This document shows, in pieces, positions 55,715 through 64,000 of a stretch of DNA of 64,000 bases (the stretch's first letter is position 1; the number at the start of each line of letters is the position of its first letter). The stretch spans positions 11,656,001 to 11,720,000 of the forward strand of contig CATOCA020000001.1 of the NCBI GenBank assembly GCA_951406725.2, read 5' to 3'. The notes beneath the pieces were generated by a model. It was not told where the DNA came from, did no database searches, and worked only from the letters and a program-made list of their open reading frames with translations. A program made the translations under genes and the position numbers. The stretch comes from Octopus vulgaris. Taxonomy: Eukaryota.

Positions 55715-58700
55715 TTGGATGTACATGACATCAGAATGGATGGACTAGTATCAGATCCACAAACAGAAGATACCAAAAATACAGAAAATATTGAAAGGAA
55801 TGGAACAGAACCAGACCCCAAACAGGCTTATACCAAACACGCAGAAGACCTAACACAAATCTGCCAAATATGCAATGCCGAAATAAACAAGACAGAAGCA
55901 CATCTTCAACAGGGAAATACCAGAAGCATGGAAGATCTACTCACAGAAACCTGTAGTAAGTTGAATTCACTTCTCTCAAAAATTGATACGCTCTTTGCAA
56001 ACATTGCTTTAACAATAAATACAATCCAAACACAAAATATTCTCTCTAAAAACAATCAAGCAAACACAACTGACAACACAAACCTTCTGGCGGGACCACC
56101 CCAATCACAAAGACAACAAATGACGAAGAAACAAAAACTGACACAAACCAAGAAAAACCTTCAAAACCCCAAGACTGGAACAAACTTCTAAACCAACGCA
56201 AATATGCTTATTGGAAAAACATACGCTGTAAGAACATAGCCAACATATATCAAAACTGGCGGGACTTGAAGAACCTAATACTCCCTAGAAAATTTCTTAT
56301 CAAAGAAATAAGGGGTGAAACACTAGAAGAAACAACAATACGTGCAAACCTAGCCCTCTGCCGACTAGAAACGGAAATTTCCCTTCTACAAACACGAAGC
56401 ACACACCAGGAAGATAAGATTAAAACAATCGATACCGTCATAATGGCCGAGATAACAGAAAGGAACAATAACCAAAACAAAGAAAAACTACAACAATTAT
56501 GGAAAGAGGATACCGAACGAGAGGAGGAAAGATCCAGATTTATGTGGACCAAACAACATGAGTGGTTTTTAAACTACGAAAAGAACTATGGGGAAGAATC
56601 AATTATGAAGACAAAAAAACTACCAAAACAAATGAATAGATACAACAAACCAACACCACAAACATATTGGACTCCCAGACATCAAAATAAGCCCTACCAA
56701 ACACAAACCAAAATCCCGCTCCTTACACTGCCGAACCCCCCAATTAACAGATACACAAAATATGAAAGACAACCATCAACCCAAAACCCCACAAAAACAA
56801 ACACACCAACAGCAAGACGAGCACAATACATACAACCAACAACCTATAACACTTGGAGAGAACAAATAGAATATGAACAACCACCAACACATAACACTGG
56901 ACATCCTAAAAGGACACACACATGGAACAATATACAAATGGATAGAAATCAACACATAACCTATAACAAACATCGAGTAAATCGAAACCACACAAACACC
57001 AACCCCATGCAACCCCACAAATTTACAAGATGGATAAAAAACAACTCCCACTATCAATACAATACAAACATAATACATGAACCATCCACCTACCCACAAA
57101 GAATCCTGAACCCCAGTAATAAATATTGGCTCAACAAACACAGAAGATGGGAAGAAAACAACTACCAAAGACAAAACAACACATACAGACCACACAGACC
57201 ACCCCAACTACAAGAAAACCTAAGAACTGAAAATGGAATTTGGAGACGTAACAACACAACCCATTTTTTAGGGAGAGGATACTTCAACCATACTCCAGAC
57301 CCAATACACCAAAAATTCCGGATGAACTCCCAAAACACATAGACCCCAAAATAATAAACTTATCTAAAAGAGAACTTGACGAATATGAAATGAACCTACT
57401 ACTAAAAGGCCTCGAATTTACACCTACACCCACTCCAAACCTCATAGAACTAAAAACTGATATAGACAACTTCAGCCGCTACCTCTGCCTTATGGAATTC
57501 TTTGAAAATAAAGAAACAGAAGATAACTCAATCATAAGAAAAAAATCCCACTTCACCCCTTACAAGGGAAGTGACAAACACCTTGACACATACATAGAAA
57601 CAATATCCAAATTCCCTCTCCACACACACAAATGCAAACAGAATCTCCGCAGAGAAGAAAAACAAGCCCTACAAAAACTGAAAAATGACAAATCAATCGT
57701 TGTAAAAGAAGCTGACAAAGGTGGATCAATAGTAATTATGGACACAGATTACTACAAAGAAAAGATACTGGAGTTGCTGAACAACCAGACATATTACAAA
57801 GAGGAACCAACACCACCGGAGAAAACAACAATAAAAAAAATTAGAAATTTAGTCAATGAATATCAGGACTCCTTTACAGATAAGGAGGAAGATTATCTAT
57901 GCAACTCACAAACCAAAGAAAGCAACTTTTATGGATTACCTAAAATTCATAAAAGCTCGGAAATACAGAGAGCCATAAAGGAACAGAGGAACCACTATAT
58001 AAGAGTACAAAGGCCTGCAGACCTCACAATGAGACCAATAGTGGCAGGACCCCAGGCACCAACACAACAACTAAGCCACTTCATAGATATACTCCTCAAA
58101 CCTTTATGCCCACAGATTCCAAGTTACATAAGGGATGACATAGACTTCCTCACACACATTCCAAATACAGTCCCGAAAAACACCATACTTGCAAGCTTTG
58201 ATGTCACAAATCTATACACAAACATACCACACACCCTAGGTCTAGAAGCTATAAAACAATCAATAGAAAAATACAGAGAACTTATAGACGAACGCTTCAA
58301 GACAAACTTTATCACCCAAGCCACCCAACTAATACTAGAAGAAAACACATTCTCATTCAACAAGACATACCGACAGATAAAAGGCACGGCTATGGGTACA
58401 AAATTCGCACCTTCATATGCCAACCTGGTGATGGGCTTCCTGGAGAAAAAACTATATGACGAAATAGGAAAAGTCTTCGAACACGACTTCAGAGAAGACA
58501 TCAAGAAAAAGTGGAAACGCTACCTCGATGACTGTTTCATCTTTTGGAACAGATCAGAAGAGGACCTACAAACATTCCACAACATCCTCAATACGCTGCA
58601 CCCATCCATCAATTTCACAATAGATACCAGCCACAACAAACTTCTCTTCCTAGACATCAACATCAAAATACACAACTCCATCGTCACAACAGACATCCAC

Positions 58701-59225
58701 TACAAAAAAACTGACACATATCAATACTTAAATTTCCACTCCTGCCACCCATCCCACACAAAAAGAAACATCCCATATAGTATGGCACGACGAATATGTA
58801 GCATAGTAACTGATTCACAAATACGATTAATAAGACTAGATGAACTCAAAAGCTTCCTCCTAGAGCAAAAATACCCCCTTAAACTAATAGAAAATGGAAT
58901 CACAAGAGCATTAAAACTAGACATCACACAACTCAGGACACCTAAAACAAAAAACAAAGAAAACACTATCCCTTTTATAAACACTCACAACCCTGGAGTT
59001 ACCAACATCTTCCAAACAATACATTCAAACCTACCAATAGCCTTACAAAGCCCCAAAATGAAAAACATATTAAACAAATATAGCATAAAAAACAGTAGAC
59101 GACAGGACAAAAACCTAAAAAAACACCTAACAAGAGCGAAATTCTCTTCAGAAACTAAAACGGAATTCTTTGCAAAAGAGTGCGGAGATGGTAGATGTGG
59201 GATCTGCAGCAACCCCACCTACAAA
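55715..59225 (+). mobile_element. Large Penelope-like element with long N-terminal extension; RT intact, GIY-YIG missing
   Basis: ORF 57390-59228: ADKG, FYGLPKIHK, RPIV, SFDVTNLYTNIP, GTAMGTKFAPSYANL, RYLDD, FLDI, HPSHTKRNIPYS, ending at C....C..C. Upstream A-rich ORFs 55715-56191 and 56266-57342 are probably a frameshifted N-terminus. Confidence 0.9.
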
Positions 59226-59304
59226 TAATTGTTTTTTTAGGTGGCTGCTGCTGCTGCTTTCTGTATATATATAGAGTGAATTCTTGTTTACTACTACAGT
59301 CAAG

Positions 59305-59412
59305 ATGCCTCACCATCCACGATACACCAGATTCTGCTTTACACTTAACAACTATGACGATGTCGACGTTTATAGACTTCAGCATATGGAGCATATTCGT
59401 TATATGGTTTTT
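59305..59412 (+). pseudogene. rep: CRESS-DNA-virus (circovirus-like) Rep N-terminal fragment
   Basis: MPHHPRYTRFCFTLNNYDDVDVYRLQHMEHIRYMVF: RCR motif I (FTLNN) with typical spacing to the Y-hydrophobic-F strand; TATA-like tatatatag ~40 nt upstream. Confidence 0.6.
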
Positions 59413-59542
59413 CGAAAATTTTCACCGAAAATTTTACCCAAAAATTTTCGCCAACAACTTTTCGAAAATTTTAATCGAAAATTTTACCCAAAAATTTTTC
59501 AAAAATTTTCCCCAAGAATTTTTCGAAAATTTTCACCGAAAA
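59412..59542 (+). repeat. ~14-bp degenerate minisatellite (cgaaaattttcacc)
   Basis: Direct inspection. Confidence 0.9.
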
Positions 59543-59547
59543 TATGT

Positions 59548-60935
59548 ATACATAGCTGACTTCCTGGTGACCCACAAACTCCTAAATGCAAATCAGCATG
59601 GCTTTCGCTGTGGCAGGGACTGTCTAACACAGCTCTTACACCACATTGAAGATGTACTCAAAGCCTTGGGAACAGGTTCGAACTCTGACGTCATATATCT
59701 TGACTTCAGTAAAGCATTCGACAGGGTCGACCATAATATCCTACTCTCAAAATTGGCAAATGTTGGAATCCGTGGAAAAGTTCTACACTGGATTAAGTAT
59801 TTCCTGGCGAATAGAATACAACATGTTGTAGTTGATGGAGTCCACTCAAGCCCAGCAAAAGTTGCCAGTGGTGTTCCCCAGGGGACTGTCTTGGGTCCGC
59901 TACTCTTCATAATTTACATAAACGGCCTTTCCAGTGTCGTACATTACTGCAAAGTGAAAATATTTGCTGATGACACTAAGCTCCAGCAAATCGTCAATGA
60001 AGAAGCAGACAGAACTCAACTCCAGTCTGATCTATATGCTGTGAGTCAATGGGCAGACAGAAACAAAATGCAACTGAATGAGGGAAAATTTGAACTGATG
60101 CATTTTGGAAAAAATTCCTCACTAAAACAGCCATACTCTCTTCCTTCAGGGGAACCGCTCACAGCCTCTAACAATATCAGAGACCTGGGTGTAATTGTTG
60201 ATGACGATCTCAGTTGGAGTGTACACATCAACAAGAAGGTCGATATAGCTCGTAGGATGAATTCCTGGATCTTTAGAACTTTCCGGTCCAGAGAACAAGG
60301 TGTCATCATACCACTTTTCTCCTCCTTTGTACGGCCACACCTCGAATATTGCTGCCCACTGTGGTCTCCCCATACAAGACAAAACATCTCCAGGATTGAG
60401 TCACCCCAGAGGGCACTCACTAAACGAATTGAAGGCATGGCTGCTCTCGATTATTGGGATCGCTTTAAAGCCTTGAAACTTTACTCTCTCCAGCGTCGCC
60501 GTGAGCGGTACATCATTTATACGATGTGGAGAATATACCGCCAACTTTGCCCAAACGACCTTAACATTAGCTTCAAGGTTCATCCAAGACTGGGACCACG
60601 GGCCATACGTCCCCTGCCCAATTCAAGATCACAGCATACATGTACACTGCAACATAATTTCATTTCCTCAACAGGCCCTGCCCTATTTAACATTGTCCCG
60701 AGGGAGATCAAAGAGGAAAAGGATCCCATCAACTTTAAACGGAGTCTGGATAGATTCCTTCAAAGAATACCAGATAAGCCACCCATAATTGGATACAACT
60801 CACCCAACAAGAACTCACTACTTGAATGGACCATAAACAAAACTTATCTTAAACAGGTTCGAATAATCCTATCAGGTGGTGCTATTAAGTTAGACATGGC
60901 CTGGACCAATCTTTGGTCGAAACATATCTAAGTTT
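59548..60935 (+). mobile_element. 5'-truncated CR1-like LINE with open RT frame
   Basis: QHGFR, YLDFSKAFDRVDH, GVPQGTVLGP, FADDTKL, RDLGV, SLQRRRERY. Confidence 0.93.
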
Positions 60936-60983
60936 ATCATTTTCATTATCATTATCATTATTACTACTACTACTACTGCTATA

Positions 60984-61038
<55 letters not shown>

Positions 61039-61072
61039 TTATTATTACTATTATTATTATTATTATTACTTT

Positions 61073-61122
<50 letters not shown>

Positions 61123-61288
61123 TTACTACTTTTATTATTTTTAATATTATTAATTTTATTATTATTATTATTAATATTATTATTATTACTATTACTATTA
61201 CCATTACTACTACTACTACTACTACTACTATTATTATTTATAATATTATTATTAATTTTTTTATTATTATTACTATTACTATTACCAT

Positions 61289-61335
<47 letters not shown>

Positions 61336-61417
61336 TTCTTCTTATTATTATTATCATTATTATTATTATTGTTATTATCATTATCATTATCATTATCATT
61401 AATATTAGCATTAATAT

Positions 61418-61486
<69 letters not shown>
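60936..61486 (+). repeat. (TAC)n / (TAT)n compound microsatellite
   Basis: Direct inspection. Confidence 0.95.
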
Positions 61487-63452
61487 GAGGGACAAATCGC
61501 CGGGTTTGAATAGTCTACCCTACGAGCTTTACAGTTGTATGCCAGACTTGTTTGGAGACGTCTTGGCAGCGGTGTACTGCAACTGGCAGCAAAACGGGAG
61601 CATTCCTGGTTTTGTGAGCCGAGAAGCCGTAATACTGATGAAGAAAGATCTAAACAAGGGAAATGTAATAGATAACTTTAGGCCCATCACTCTGCTTAAT
61701 GCAGACTTGAAAATTTTGGCCAAGGTGTTAGCCAAGAGGTTGGCGCTTGTCATCGGGAAACTGGTCGACAAGGTGCAAACGTGCGCCGTGCCGGGCCGGA
61801 CCACCCATGACAACCTCCACCTGATGCGCTACATCATAGACAGGGTAGTTAACGAACCTGGCATGGGTGGGGCGCTGATCAATTTGGATCAATCGAAAGC
61901 TTTCGATAGGGTAGACCATCGATACATGGAGGCTGTCCTAAGAGCGGCTGGCTTCGGTCCCGTCTTCCGCGGCTGGATAGCCACTTTGTACAGAGGCATC
62001 CATTCGGTAATTCGCGTAAATGGACATCTATCGAGACGTTTCGACATCGCACGTTCGGTCCGTCAGGGATGCCCCCTCTCGTCGCTTCTATACGTATTGA
62101 CTCTCGAGCCATTATTGCGGAAGCTGGCAACTCTGAGGGGCATCCCGCGAGAATTGGGATGCGGGACGAGCGTGTCTGCATACGCGGATGACGTCACCGT
62201 CATAGTGTCTAGCCACGAGCCCATCGAGCTGGTCGGCGAGACACTGAAAAACTACGAAGCGGTGACAGGAGCGAAAATCAACCAGGAAAAGTCAGTGGGC
62301 TTGCGACTAGGCACCTGGAGAAGCAAGCCCATGCCGTCCACCAGCGCCTCCGTTGTGGGACGCTAGACCGACGGTCCGGTCGAGTTGCTCAGGGTCTGGT
62401 TCAGTCCGGACCTCCAAATGGAGAAGAACTGGAAAGCGATAACGAGTAGGGTGGTCACTCTCGCCCGGCAATGGGCCGAGAGGAAACTGTCCCTAAAAGG
62501 TCGGGTGGAGGTGGCGAACACGTACATCGCATCCGTCATCTACTACCGCCTGACCGTCGTGCCTTGTTCCGACCATACCATCACCAAACTAGAACGCATT
62601 CTCTTTCGCTTCTTGCGGAAAGAATGCGTCCCGATGGTCAGGTTATCCATTTGCTATCAACACCCGTTAAAAGGAGGACTAGGCATGCCGTGGTTGATGA
62701 TGCGCAGACACACGCTGAGACTGCGACATCTCAGGCTCTTCGTAGACGACAGTGAACAGGTGTGGTCGCCGTTTGTGAGGCACGCTTTCCCGCAGCTCGT
62801 CTCCATGACCGAACTGCAGTCGTGGATAAAAAAGAGGCCGAAGAAGGGCGAATGGCACCGCGAGTGTCGCTTTGCTCTCAATCAACTCTGCCGTCCCGGG
62901 TCGACCTTGAGTGACTCCATCACAACCCAAGCATTCTATAGGGGATTAGTGGAGGGGAGGTACGACGACGAGCTCGGGGCGAACCTGGGCGTCGACGAAG
63001 AATACCTGACCCGCCTATTCGGGACGACTTTCGGGCCAGGGCCCATGGACAACTTCCAGAGATCCCTGGCCTGGCAGTGCTACCGAGAAGCGCTACTCGT
63101 TCGGGATAAGCTCTACAGACACGGCTCCAGAAACACGGGGCCGACCTGCCCGAGATGCGGTCAGAGCGACGAAACCGTTCTGCACGCACTCGTTCAGTGT
63201 CCAACAATTTCCGACCTGTGGGCTTATGTCGACCAACTGCTGTCACGTGTAGGACGAGTCGGTTTATCAGCTGAGTCTATCGTCAATATTGTCAAAATGA
63301 GTCTATCGTCAATATTTTTTTCTTTTTCCCTTTTACGATCCCTTTTGATCGAAAACCTACGCCACTTTTTTTTTATCCCCCAAAAGAAAAGCTCTACCTT
63401 GTAATTTGTCCCATCTGTGTGCAGCCCTGTGTGGCCAATAAAGAAACTTATC
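61487..63452 (+). mobile_element. 5'-truncated Tx1/L1-clade LINE (ORF2 RT + CCHC), one in-frame stop
   Basis: FRPITLLNADLKILAK, DQSKAFDRVDH, VRQGCPLS, AYADDV, GGLG, CPRCGQSDETVLHALVQC; stop at 62364-62366; ends aataaagaaact + (tatc)n. Confidence 0.92.
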
Positions 63453-64000
63453 TATCTAGCAGTCTATCTATCTATTTATCTACAGACGTGCTGTCACTTC
63501 GGCTGCGAAGGTAATCGTTTATTTTGACTATTTATAGCCCAATTTTTGTGTACATTTTTGCAAATAAGGTGTGTAAGGCACCAAACTTTCGTTTGAGTGC
63601 TTTTCCAAGGGAGGAATTCGCCCCTAGGGGCAGTTTCAACCCCATTTCATTTCTGTAATTTTCTTCTCGACATTAGAAAATGTCGAGAAATTTTATTGTA
63701 GAACGGTGGTCGCGTTCCTTTATGGACCAGCATTTTCCTAGTTTGGAAACGCTAGAAGAAAAAAAGAACGTACGCACGCAAAGTGCAAACATGAATAACG
63801 GTCGAATGAACGCTGCAACCACGTGCGGTAACAGCCCTGTCACCACCACCACCACCACCACTAACAACAACAACCACGAGACTACTACTGCTACCACCAC
63901 CGCCTCCACCACCACCACCACCACCGCCATCTCATCCACTACCTTAACTACCGACAACAACAACAATAACAATAACAACAAGAATAATAACATTTGCGCC

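Noticed and set aside
59195-60931. 578-aa ORF as a single gene
   Set aside because: Chance read-through across the Penelope end, the Rep fragment (a different frame), a minisatellite and the CR1 RT; only ~59548 onward is CR1

Overview
AT-rich, repeat-saturated animal genomic DNA. The SINE families, microsatellite load and TE mix point to an octopus (Octopus sp.); this is an inference. Most of the window is transposon debris: HERO, CR1, Tx1/L1, R4/Dong, Penelope, Ty3/gypsy, mariner, hAT, Chapaev3, Helitrons, SINEs and MITEs. There are also satellites and one 100-N gap. The only convincing host coding sequence is a death-domain (DD) gene on the + strand. One shared exon (3335/3354-3425) can splice in phase to either of two tandem-duplicated, intact 206-nt terminal exons (6125-6330 and 14279-14484). 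Each terminal exon has its own polyA signal, and they are only ~50% identical in amino acids. Other notable items: a short circovirus/CRESS-like Rep fragment (59305-59412), a cluster of (TAA)n-associated Dong/R4 retrotransposons including a near-intact full-length copy, Penelope termini carrying a tRNA-like segment and hammerhead-ribozyme-like motifs, and a multi-kb inverted pair of composite repeats. TE boundaries are approximate and family calls come from motif recognition, not database searches.
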